A stretch of 64,000 bases of DNA, from NCBI GenBank assembly GCA_965637545.1, contig OZ281494.1:32488001-32552000 (forward strand), read 5' to 3'. Position 1 is the first letter of the stretch. The number at the start of each line of letters is the position of its first letter. Under the pieces are notes generated by a model, which did not search any database, was not told the origin of the DNA, and was given only the letters and a program-made list of their open reading frames with translations. Both the position numbers and the translations under genes were made by a program. Shown here piece by piece: positions 31,290 through 43,900 of this stretch. This DNA is from Phallusia mammillata (lineage: Eukaryota).

Positions 31290-32605
31290 GTTCACTGATT
31301 ATGTAATGCAACTTTGTTGGGTTTTGTGACATTTGAATAAAGGAGTTTTTTCAAGATATTGAAATTAATTAACCTTTTTAATATTGTTTAAATATTACTC
31401 GTAAAAAAAACTTTTACAGTTACAAAAACTTATTTTTAAAAATCGCCTATTACGTAACGCCACTTTAAAAGTTTTTTTGACAGTTGATAAAACGAGATTT
31501 TTCCGCAAAAAAAGTATGATTTTACCTTGGTAATAAAACTACGTAGATTTTTTAAGTTTATTGTAAAAAAAAACTCCACAGTTAAGTCTTTAAAGGGTAG
31601 AACCGAATCCCAAGAGGGTCCATTGCGTAACCTTTCTAAGGTTTTTTTCACATTTAATTGAAAGAGCTTTATCCGAAGATATATGATTTTTCCGTGGTTT
31701 TAAAACTACGTATATTTTTTAAGCAACTTCTTTCAAAAAACAATCTTCATAGTTAAGGGCATAGGACCGACTGTCAAGATCGTCCATTACGTAACGCAAC
31801 TTTCCAAGGTTTTTTGACAGTGGATTACAAGAGATTTTTTATGAGAATTTGGATTTTTTTTTCTAGGTTATGAAACAAAGTAGATTTTTTAAGATTGTTG
31901 TAAAAAAACTGAACAGTTTAGAGTAGGAAATCGTATCTCAAGATCGCCTATTATGTAACGCAACTTTCTAAGGTTTTGTGGCCGTTGATTAAACGAGATT
32001 TTTCAGAAAAAATAGGAATTAATTTTGGTATTAATCTACGCACATTGTTTAAGCTTTTTCCAAAAAAAAATAACAGTTAAGGGCATAGAACCTAAAGGCA
32101 AGATCGTCCATTACGTAACGCAATTTTCTAAAGTTTCTTGGAAGTTGATTAAAAGGGCTTTTTTAAAGAAATATGATTGTTTCCTTGGTATTAAAACTAC
32201 CTAGATTTTTGAAGGTTTTTGGAAAAAAAATGCAGTTAAGGGTGTAGAACCTAAAGTCAAGATCGTCCATTACGTAACGCAACTTTCTAAAGTTTTTTGA
32301 AAGTTGATTAAAACGTTTTTTTTTTTAAAGAAATATGATTGTTTCCTTGGTATTAAAACTACCTAGATTTTTGAAGGTTTTTGAAAAAAAAATGCAGTTA
32401 AGGGTATAGAACCTAAAGTCAAGATCGTCCATTACGTAACGCAACTTTCTAAAGTTTCTTGGAAGTTGATTAAAAGGGCTTTTTTAAAGAAATATGATTG
32501 TTTCCTTGGTATTAAAACTACCTAGATTTTTGAAGGTTTTTGAAAAAAAAATGCAGTTAAGGGGATAGAACCGAATTTAAAGATCGTCTATTACGTAACG
32601 CATTT
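31290..32605. repeat. Tandem array of about 9 units, ~160-165 bp period, each with caagatcgtccATTACGTAACgcaactttc
   Basis: Cores at 31299, 31450, 31623, 31787, 31951, 32111, 32270, 32432 and 32591. The last four units are nearly identical and the left units are more diverged. Confidence 0.95.
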
Positions 32606-33119
32606 TAATAAGCTTGGGTTGTCGAAGTGGCTATCTTGCTCTTGGCGTGTTATGCGTGGCCGGGTTTTCAGCGAAAAGACAGGCTTATGAGCTTGTGATT
32701 CTGACTCGTTCGCACTTCACAGAAACGAAGTAGCGTTAAAGGTAAACCACGAGAGCTGTCGCCTCGAATGCAAAGGATTTTGCCGTAGAGCGAGTGAAAT
32801 CTCACAACGACGAAGCCGTGGATCAGCACCACGAGAGCTTGTACGCCCAAGAAAGATTGGATTTTCTGTGAAAGCATGCCCTAAGGCGCTCTGTTATGTA
32901 ACTTGCGATTTGACGAAACTTCCAAGCACCGGCAGCCAGCCTAGTATAGGGTATAGCATGCCTGCACAGTCACATGAAAGTGATTTCGTGTGTTTTATCC
33001 CGCAAATGTCAAAAGTTTGGGGTGAAAAGTCGAAGAAATGTGAAACTGTAAAAGTCAAATATGAATCAGCAAGGTCAAGTGTGTTTTTTGGTTAAAACAA
33101 GATACTCTGAGCTTATTAG

Positions 33120-33620
33120 GTTGTAGGTTACGTAACATACAAAAGGTCGCTTTTATAACAAAGTACTTAAAAATGTTACGATTTAAATGCGAAAACAGGC
33201 GATAATGTGTTGTTGTGATTGAGTTTAGTGATCAGGGTCGGTTTCTTGTTGAAATTAGTCACTTTGAGCAGATCAGGTTTTTGGTTACGTAACTTCGTAA
33301 AAGTCGTCTATTGATAACAAAAAGTACTTCGAACCGATTAAAATAAAGTTTTTCTAGCTGGGGATTATAGGTACAATGAGATTATAGAATAGTGACTTTT
33401 AAAGCTGAATTTATGGTGTTTTGCCAAGCTGTGAAAATGGTTACGTAACGCAGAGTGAATTCAAATTAAGGCAGAAATATGGATATAATCTGTGCTTGCA
33501 AATCAATACAACAGAGTATGGAACAGATGTATGATCAGGTCGTTGGTGTAAAAGGGACTATTGTGTTGTTAGTACAATTGAATTAGACATTTTGTGGCAG
33601 GTATTTTTGGTTACGTAACA
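33120..33620. repeat. Older, diverged ~156-170 bp array marked by ggTTACGTAAc
   Basis: Palindromic GTTACGTAAC cores at 33128, 33285, 33441 and 33611. Units 1 and 2 share residual similarity (aaaa(g)gtcg...ataacaaa..gtactt). Confidence 0.65.
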
Positions 33621-35237
33621 GCTAGAACGAGATTATGGAATTTAAAACTGACATCAGTCTTTAATAACGGATAATTCAGTACAGTGCGATATACATGCCA
33701 GAAAAATGAGAATTTTTGACTGAAATACAAAATCCAGTTTCATGAACATTCTTAGATGTGATCACATTAACTACTGATTTTTTGATTAAGTTTAACGTGT
33801 TTAACAAACAACCACCATATCACGTACCAGGCAACGTAGTTAGGTTACATAAAAGCAGACAGAAAAAACACACTACGTAACAGATGCGTGCCAAAAAACA
33901 GAACGCTGTTACGCAACTGGCGCTTGAACGGAAAACGCGTTTCATTCATAAAAAACATTACTGGCGTTTTAGCCATATTATAAGTTGGTGTTAGCGCGAC
34001 TTGTACTCTCAAAGTCGCGGTTTAACATACTATAGTCCTATAAGTATATGTGCAGCAGGTATTTGGTGTGTAAGTTGCAGACACGACCGAATGCCCGAAG
34101 CGGGTTTATTACCGATCTTAGTGAAGCGAACCGCGACGTACTAATCGCGCACGGTCAATGCATTTGTACACCAACTTGTTTAGAATCCTGATTTAATCTT
34201 ACACTAAGTCGTTACATAACCTGCAAGTTTTGGTTAATTACACAATGCCGTTTAGAAGCCAACTAAGTCAGGTAAAGTCGCGCAGAAAGTAAACTCTAGG
34301 GTTGACTGCATGAAATTGTTTTTGAAACCCACTTCACTCGCGCTTTCAAAAGCGCCAAGGTAAAGTACTCGTTCAAAAATTCACTGAGAGAGTACAAAGT
34401 ATTGCTGACAAAGAGCTCACCAACAGAGTGTATAGGTATAGACCAGCGGCCGTACTACAGGAAGTAGTTAATTGTGAAATTGTGGGCGACCACCTACTGA
34501 GCTTCCAGTCTGAAAAATGACTTCCTTCCAATGCAATTAGGAATTATCTCAGCGCTCTCCATTGTTTTAGGTTTAAAGACTATAGGGGGCGTGACTGAAA
34601 AGCGGTTGGCACACGCCTCTGGAAGTCAAACCCTTTAAAAGTTGTTGGAAGGTTACAGAGATGGTACACATATGCGAAAATGTTTAGTAGAATTGTGTTT
34701 ACCAGGCCATTAAGGTACCAAAGTAATTAGGTAAGAATCTGTGAATGCCTCAAAGTTTTTTAGTTGCAAGTTAACAATCTTTCGAATTCAGCATAAATTC
34801 AGCATGTTTTATCGCAAACAGAAGTGTCAGTTTAGTTAAACGATTTGTCACTAGTCTTGCAATGACGGACGATGCTTAATAGGCAACAGTTTGCCCTTTA
34901 ACGTCTGCGACTGTCAGTCGGATGTGGCCCGAGTAGTTGCTACTAGACGAATGTTGTTGATGTGCTACGTACAGTACGTAGTGTAGTTGCTGCCAGTAGC
35001 TCAGGCCCAATCGACGTTTCCTGTCACGAAGAACAGGCCATCATGTCTTCTGACAGTTTCCCTGCTGTCGCGGTTGAAATTATTTGGTTACGTAGCAAGT
35101 CAAACTGTTTGACTGAACGATCTAAGTTTGTCAAAAGTTTTGCAGATTAGGTTATGCCTGTTTTCAGCAGACAAAGTGCAGGACAAAAACTAGAAATTAG
35201 ATAAGTGTGAGAAAACTTTATCAGCTATTTGTTAGAG

Positions 35238-35545
35238 CAGTGGTTCTAAACCTCGCGTTTTTGGCCACTTTTTCCATTGCTGCGTAGCACCTAAGGGTTG
35301 TTTGAATTGGTAGAGCAAACCTATTCCTCTTGACTATAGAGTACCACGTTTCTAAAACCAGCAAATTAGCATTTTCAAAAAAATGTTCAAGGCTTGAGTT
35401 TTGCCTAAAACAGGGCTAACAAGGGTCAGTTGAGTTGCAATTCTTGATCTGACTTGAATTAAGAACCGCGAAAAGCTATTCACGTACCACCTGAAAAGCC
35501 CCGTGTACCACTAATGGGCCGCGTACCACAAGTTGAGAGCCACTG
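35238..35545. mobile_element. hAT (Buster-type) MITE, 308 bp
   Basis: Termini cagtggttctaaac / gttgagagccactg; flanks tgttagag / ggttagag (7/8 match); gtacca subterminal repeats. Confidence 0.8.
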
Positions 35546-36639
35546 GGTTAGAGTAAGTTAACTTGAGTTTATGTCGCTTGGTGGTACTACGCATAGCGAC
35601 AAGCACTAGAACAATCCCCAGTCGTCGGAAGTGGCTGTAACTCGTGTCTGGAAATGCAGCGTCACGATTCAATGACAAAACAAAACAGAGCGATGTGTGG
35701 TGATTGTGTAATTCTGTCTGTTTTGTGTGGATTAGGCATTATGAACGTTTTTCGGTCTGTGGTTGAGGTAATGCTGGCAATTTTTTGGAGATATGAAGTA
35801 ATCATTGTCGCTAAATGCACGATAGGGCCCACATGAAAAATGTAAACTTCCTAAATTCGTCTCGTTTTTTGCTGAAGAATGCTAAATTGTGCAACAGTCA
35901 TAGGTGTAAGTGCATTTCGGCATTTAAGTTCAAAACTGAAGGTCAACCAAATTTGCGGCACATGCGGTTCGATGCGCTTGACCAACAAGGCGAAAAAAAT
36001 GTGCACACAAAAAACATTTATGCAGCTTGTTATGAAAGCGAACCCCATTCAACCCCATTATGACGCATGTTGCGAAAAAATTGCTTTAGGTGCAAGGTAC
36101 GCATCAGTTCCGTATTTCAAAGGTCACATGGAAAACTTGGTAATTAAGTGATGAATAATAACCCGTGGTTTAGGCGATGTTTTTTGACATTTTGTTGGAT
36201 CAATAATAATCCTGGAATCGATGATTTCATTTGCTGATTTCATGGTTTCCGTATTTTTGCGTTAAATGTGGTTGCGGTTAAGTGATTATTCTGCTTATAG
36301 TGTGTGTGTTGGCATTACCACACACGCTGACCGCGATGTGTGAACAACGACTGTTTTTAAAGACGCTTTATAACTTCAACCAAAGTTTGACAAGAGTTGC
36401 CCTCCCTTCCCTTCTTAGGCTACAAACCTCTTTTGAATGTGATATGTGGGATGTATACAGTTTTACAAAACTTGCACTATGTATTGAATGCCGAACGTTG
36501 ATAATAAGTGCGTCGCCAAGCCATACCAACTGCTTAAGTAAAATTACCATTTACTTAAATCAGTGCTGTTGGGTTTTGTTATACACCTTAAGTGTTGTTG
36601 GATTTTGTTATACCAAACCCAAGTCAACAGGTTTGTAGT

Positions 36640-36745
36640 AAATGTACTTGGGTTAATTGCCACGCAACGGGGTGATGTGGGTTTAGAACCACCGACCTTG
36701 CGATCTTAGGGCCTTACGCAATAGTGGAAAAATACCACAGTATTG
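36640..36745 (-). mobile_element. Possible degenerate tRNA-derived SINE head
   Basis: The minus strand reads ...gcgtaaggccctaagatcgcaaggtcggtGGTTCTAAACccac, resembling a tRNA variable loop plus T arm (B box). No convincing A box or acceptor stem. Confidence 0.35.
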
Positions 36746-37951
36746 AGTAATGTGTTTCAAATTAGCCTCGTTGAAAGAGCCATCGCAGTATTTCCAAGAA
36801 AACCAAAGACAACTCAAGTTTTCCACGAAACACGAAACAAGTGTTGAAATGTCAAAGGTCAACGCTCCTATCGTAGCCAATCGCCTCCCTTGGATGCAAT
36901 TTTCCAACCGAGGCCGAATGAAACACCCGCAAAGGTTAAAAGGTCACGGCTTATGCTTATGCAACTCGGTTAAAAGCCCCGGGCGTCACTTAAGTTGGAT
37001 GAGAACAGCGAGAAATACCGTTCTCTTCGTCACGTGAGCGTCATGCATCGATGGAGACGGCCTTGCTGTGGTTGCTTCTCGTAAATCCGGCGGCTGCGCA
37101 GGCTTGACCTTTCGCAAAATCGCAGCTACATGCTTCAATAATTCGCACACGAATCGAACAGCCTTGACCTATAAAGGCTTTCGAGAGTAGCTAGAAACGC
37201 GTTAGGTATGTTTGTGTTGAGCATAAATGGAAAGCCTTTAAGTTTAAGAAATAAGGAAATCGCTGTTGAAGAGGGGGATTTAATTTGCATTTAACGTGAG
37301 GATGCTAGATGCTTAAGCGAAGGCGTTAAGTTCAAACTTTGGTTTATACCGCCATCTGTGACCTTTTCAGTTAAAGGTTATGACTCAAATTACACTCGAA
37401 AAGGAATTATCATTATTAATGGTGTTTTGTACACAAAATTGCTTTGTTTATTGAAGTTTGACAGTTGTGGTTGGCAAACTGACAGTAGCAGATTGTAATT
37501 GATTTGTGATTTTATTTTGTTGGAATTCTAACCACCAAATGTTCGTTTTGTTTCCCGTTTTATTGCTATCAGTTCAAACAAAAGTATGTTTTATTGAGAC
37601 ATTACAAAGTAACATTTCAAAATGTTGAAAAAAGATGATGATTTTTCGTAACTTTTGCAAAAAAAGTTTATACATTTGGTAATTAATCATTTGGTAAGTA
37701 GCTTTTTGGAGCTACACCTGAAAAACAGTAGAAACTTGCAGAAAAACAAATTCAAATTACTTGGATAAAATACAATGTACTAACACTTAACGACAATTCG
37801 TTTTGTTGGCAAAACACTACCCCAATTTCTAAAACATTTAAATTTTAAATCTAGGCTATTTGTTTAGGAGTTTTGTAAGTTAAATGCTAACTGTGGTGAA
37901 ATTGCACATGAAATTTCGGGATGAGAATTGATACGTTGTTGTGCGAGAAAT

Positions 37952-40900
37952 ATGAATAAGAAGCTACGGAGAATTTTACGTCGCCGGAAGACGAGCAACA
38001 CTGACGACGTCACGAGCAAGGTATGATGTTTATGTGAGATAAAGCAAGACGGTATTGTGTAACAACTTGTATTTTTTAGGCGTTAATTGTTTACCATATT
38101 TGTGGGTAATTTTGATGGTGGTAAAATACAAACTATAATAAAGTTAAGTGGTATCAATGACTGCAAACAATTTTGTAGGGCCAATGTGTTTACCAAAAGT
38201 GTCCCTTGTCGATAACAAAGCCACAAAAACATATATCAGAATTGTTGTCTGAATGACGAAGTATATGATGAAAATTTGTTGTCCTGTTTTTAACGTGTGC
38301 TTGCTGAACAACCGTTACCTGAACAACATTCAGTTTCGTGAAAGTCGATAACATTACCGCTAGGTGCGTGGTATGTCGTGGTAATTTAACAAGGTACGCT
38401 TGTCATTCAGATTAGCGCTGGTCTTCGTCAGGTTGTTGATTTCGGCCTTCTGGCTTTTATGCTCATATCGGTTACAGTTACTAGTTATGAACGCTCGCAA
38501 GACTTTTGTGAATACTTTTTCAGCGAAATGAACACTAAATATTTTTCAAAAACATAGATGATTTACATAAAATCCAGAAACGTTCCAAGAAAATTCGTTG
38601 GAAGCGTTTAAAAATCGAACAAACAGTCTATTCAACAAACACTTCGATGAAACCAAACGAGTGATTCATCTTTACTGCTAAATAATTTGATTTCCCGCAA
38701 ACCAGTAGGTTCCAAAAACCATCATGTTTGTTTTCTCAAAACCCCGGGTTCAACCAAGTTTGAACAGTTTCAAGTTGTTAATACTCCAAACAAAACTGTT
38801 AAGGCTTTGTTGAAACCGCCGCTAGTTTTAGTAAAGTTTAATAATGATTGTTACGCAAACGGCAATGTTTATTTTGTCCCGCCATTCGCTTTGTCCTGGT
38901 TAGTTTAATTCCCAGTTTTAAGGTGGAACTTTTGTTGAATACCGGGCTTTACTTTCCTGAAAAACTGGCTTATCATTTGTTCTATTGGAATTAAAGTTTA
39001 CATAACTAACATGTGCTATTTGCTTTAAGGCTTTAGTGCTAAAGGTTAAAAAAACTCTGGAAGTAGTATTAATGTTAATTTACTTAAATCCTGGCACTGT
39101 AGCTAGTTTTACGTGCCTCATGTACGTTTTAGTATTGCAAAATATTGAATTTCGTCGAACTGTGTTAGAATATGATTGAAAGTCAACAATTATTGCTCCG
39201 ATTGCAGTTTTGTATGCATTGTTACCCGATGAAGGTTGTCGGTTCAAAGTTCAAATCATTGCTTGGCAAACCAGGATTTCGAAATACTGAACAAAACGCT
39301 CCTTGACTAACGAAAGTCGTTGATGGGGGGAAAGAGTCAAAGCCCAATAGAAAGTCCCAAGTACACACTTCTTGAACGTGAAAATGAAACAATTTGAAAT
39401 ATACCTTATAATTAGGGATGTCCATTCAGAATCCTTTAAATGTGAACCGGGTCCAAAGACAAAGCCCACCAGGAAGTCCCAAGGAGTATACACACTTCTT
39501 GAACGTGAAAATGAAACTTCTTGAAAACAAACGCTCTAAAGCATTTGTTAGATCTTCTCCGTGGCACAAAACATTGTGTTTTTGCAGAGTTTAACAAGTT
39601 GACAAAGCTGTTTTACCCATTGAAATAATTGTGCATTAATTTTGTTGCAATTTTGACCTTATAGGTGTACAAAAAATTGCATTTAGCTTTACGAGTTTGT
39701 TAAACACTACTTCAGTGGGTCTTTCATCCAGAATGAAACTAAAAACACCGTCAGCCATATGAGCGGAACTCTAACCCAGTTTCGATAACATATACTCAGC
39801 ATATTACCGAAGTCACGTAAACCCCTAGCGCACCAATGTTCCTTTTGTTTGAATCTTGGCAAATAAAAATTTCCTAACAATTTATCAGAAAAGAGGCATT
39901 TGCCTGTTAAAAGAATTCTCGGAATGCACTTGTGGAAATCTGCGACCGTTGGATGTATGTAAACCTAATACAGATCGCAGTGTTTCACGCCACGATAAAA
40001 CACAGGTCGTTGTTCGGCGCAAGCGAAAATGTTTGCTCTCTTTGAGCTGCTCCGTTTACTGGAAGTACAGTGAATTACCAAAAACCGGCCTTTCTATAAA
40101 ACAGTAAAGCTAAGGCTAAGCCAGTAACTGTTGGACTTTGCATCATTTGAAAGGAGGGTGGGTTGGGAAAACGTTCTTTCTAAAGTCCTCTAAGGTTAAA
40201 TCACAAAAAAATAGGACTTCTGTACGAATCGAATTTAAACCGAGATAGATGATACGCTTTGAAACTTTTTTTTTTTTGAATAATTAGCACTAGAGTTACA
40301 ATCTAACTTTCGAAATGCCAGGATTGTAAACCATTTTAAAGTTTAGGAATTGCCATTTTTTAGGTGTTTGGTATTTGCTGGTGAATGTGAACAGGGCGTT
40401 TTCGACAGTGCAATTGTGTAAAGGACATGTTTTGCATTGGCTAAATCTGTGAGCCTTTCTTGTAGCCAGCAGGCAATTATGTTACCTGCCACAAAAATTG
40501 TACAGCAGAAGGCATACACGTGTGTTAAACATAGAGTCTAAAGCGAAGTAAACTCGAAAAAGAAGAGTTTACAAAATTAGTTCAAAGTGGTACTTTTACT
40601 TTTATATTTGTCTCCTTTAAGACCTAAGCAATGGGTTTCGAAATGCTTGCTTTGCCCTTGGTTCCATTTTTTTGTAAAACACTAATCGACTGGAAGAGTT
40701 GTTTGAAGGACAATCGTAAGAAGGGACAAAGGTCGCTTTTGTGCGTCACAGTGAATGACATTGAGGCATTTTGACGAGAAATGTTTGTTTTAAGCAAACA
40801 ATAAACGTATTCGAGAATTGCTGAGGTTACCTGGGGTCAATTCAGCTCGTACTGGAGGCTTCTCACTACAGCTCAGCCTGGTCTAGAGTCAGTTGTGTAG

Positions 40901-43900
40901 GTAAAACTCCTGAAAACCAATAGTTGACAGATTGAAGCCAATAGGATGCGAGATGTTACTGTTAAAAATGCTTACGGTTTAGCCATTGTAATTTAAGGGC
41001 AAGATAGTATATCTTAGCTTATTCAAATAAAAAAGTATTTTGTTTATATTTCTAGCAGACAAAAATTCAGCTAAATAGGCATATAATAAGCATCAAGTTT
41101 CAAGCATTCCAAAAAAGGTTGTCGTAATGAAAAAATCAGACTGTTACCAAAAAGGTCTTGGGCCACACATTCTTAATGAGCCAAATATAAATAAATTGTT
41201 TCAAACGGGAAGTTTTATTTATCACAAAACGTCCTGAAGTTAACCGCTTGCTCATGGAAAGATGCAAAAAAACAAAAAAAGATCAAAAAGAGTTGTTTTG
41301 GTCTTAAAGCAGAAGCAACTTTAAGAAGGTGCATTAGTTTACAGCTTGGGCTACAAACACTGGCTTAACGATTTTAACGTAATATCTGCTGGAAACCAAA
41401 CAAAGCAGCTAGAAATACGACAATTTTTATAAGTGTATAATATCCCAAAATACAGTATACCAATGATGATGACATAAGCATTTGCCGAAACGTTTAAAAA
41501 TTGCGCATTTCGTCGTTTAAGTCTATTTGCTGCTTGAGCTATTATAACCCAAAAGCAAACGAACAGATTAGTGTATACTATTCCGTATCAAGTGCTTGCA
41601 ATTAAAGACAGTGGTGCTAAATCCAAAAAAAAATTGATTTCGAGTAAGAAAAGAAAGTGAACTGGGATGAGGTTAAGTTAGCACTGCAAACAACAGGTTT
41701 GATTGACAAGTAGTAAAACAGCCACAAGCCACCTCCCGTGATTCTGTGGTTTTGTAAAATCAGATAGCGACAAGACATTAAGACACTTGTCCTTAATTTA
41801 AACACCAAAAATCGGAGATGTGCAAGAAATGCAAGGTTGTAGTATTAGATCGGTCTCCGTTAAACAAGTGCTTGAACAGAAAATAGGCAATTACAGTAAA
41901 TGTAAGATAGGGAATGTTGTAAACTTGAAGAAAGAATTTGGTGATTTCGGTTAAACTTGCGCAAACATAGTTAAAAAACCTCACAAAGGAAAGATGAAAT
42001 AAAAGTTTACAATCGTTTTTACTGTTTAGTTTTGGTTAAATAGAAATTACGGTCGTCGCGATAAACAAACGGATGTATCAGCATTTAAAATATTCAAGTA
42101 AACAGCCCATTGTTTTGAAAAAAATACACCTTTTTGACAGGTTGTGAACCATAATGTCAAATATTTCAAAAACTGTCCTTTTCTCACGCAGCTTTCAGTC
42201 TGTATCTGCTGTTTGGTCTATTTGGACTTTGTTCCCAATTATAGGGGTGTGGTTTCCACTAGGGTCTGTTGTGAAACCTTATTTGACTGAGCATTGTAAG
42301 GGCCTGTGTGCAACAATGTGGGACAAGTGGAAGAAAAAGGTTGGTTTGCAGCGATGTCCGTCTGACAAATATTGGTTGTGTAAATCGCGCTGAAATGTAG
42401 GTAACAGTTTTAAGTGTAAATAAACACTTGTGCACTCGGTTTATGTTTCGACAAAACCTGTTGTGAATGACAGGTTGGAAAGTGCAAAAAAAAAAAACAC
42501 AACTTGGGTGTTTTATTTTATAGCGATTTTTCTGGTCATCGTAGCAACCAACTTGTTCAATTTAGTCGTTAAAATTAGGAGCTGTAACTGGTTGCGAAGG
42601 TAACTTCATACGTTTTGAACATATTTTTAGGGGTTTTTGTTTTCGTTTGAGAACGATTTTAAACCGTATCATCTGTGAGATTTAATCCTACCGCTTTTCG
42701 TAAGAACTGCAATCAAATATTTCCTGGTTGTAGGTTGTCTTTTTTATATCTTCGCGAAAATTTGTGCTTGTCCATTTTTTTAAGGGTAGACGCGTAAAAC
42801 AAACGCATTTGGTGGACCAACTTGTAAACGGAGGTGTAACGAATGTTTAAGCTTTTGTCAACTTCTGTTATAAATTAATCATTGAACCGTATGTTTAGAA
42901 TAAAATAAATGCCTCCAGGCTAGACAAACCGTGCCTGTGCGGATATTCGTTGTTGACAATTGCATCAAATTCATTGTTGATGTGTAGTCGAACATGGACT
43001 TTCAAAAATTGAGGGGGGGGGGTAGAACTAACGAAAGTCAATTCCATATTTCTAGACTGATTGCGAGTAGAAGTGGGCAAATCCGCGATATCAAGACTTC
43101 CTCTAGAAATCACAACGTTGCATACATATCACAGATATAAAATGCAATCAAAACTTAGTATTTAGGACGGGACTGTGTAATGTGACAATAAACTTGCAAT
43201 GTCCGCAACAATATTGTGTTCATTTCAGGTTGCCGATTGGCACTGTTTTATCTGTGAATAACCATAATTAACGTTTGCATTTTGTTTCAACAGAAACAGC
43301 GCGACCTGCCGGCTCTTTTGTCGGCCCGGGACAAGGCTGAACCTAACGTATACCTTGGTGGCGACAGAACAAATAACAATCGCTCATTGGACGACAACGA
43401 GAAGGAAAAGGGCAACGAGTTGATTGTCAATATCGAACCCCCTGAAAACACACAACGCGACATAGAAATCAAACTCGAGGCAGTGCAACCCGAAGGTGCC
43501 GATCGGAATCCGAACATTTCCGAAACTACCAGAGCGAATCCGAATGAGCGAAACGAAGCTATCGTCGAGTCGGTAGAAGCCGTGCCGAATACAAAATGCG
43601 AGTTACATAACCAACGCCCGAGGGCGTCTTATACAACATGCGGCATTATGCAAGACAACGGCGACCATAAGTCTCTCGCATTTGATAAGAGGACGCGAGA
43701 CGACAACAGCGGATTCGAACAACGACGCGATTGGACAACGACAAATCGCGAAGGGGAATGTAAATTCTCGAACAATTTTCGCGATTGCGACGTCGAGATG
43801 AAGCGAACGAGGGAAAATTCGACGGATTCAAACGAGTCTTTTTCGCAGCGCGACGCCGACTGGGGTTGGATATCGATGTCTCGCGACTCACCAACCGACG

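Noticed and set aside
31290-32605. Regularly spaced conserved motif resembling a CRISPR array
   Set aside because: The sequences between motifs are themselves homologous (whole-unit tandem repeat), the context is eukaryotic, and there are no cas genes.
32689-33095. About 135-codon open frame between the two TTACGTAA arrays
   Set aside because: No early ATG, the nearby acceptor at 32670 does not enter this frame, and I recognise no homology.
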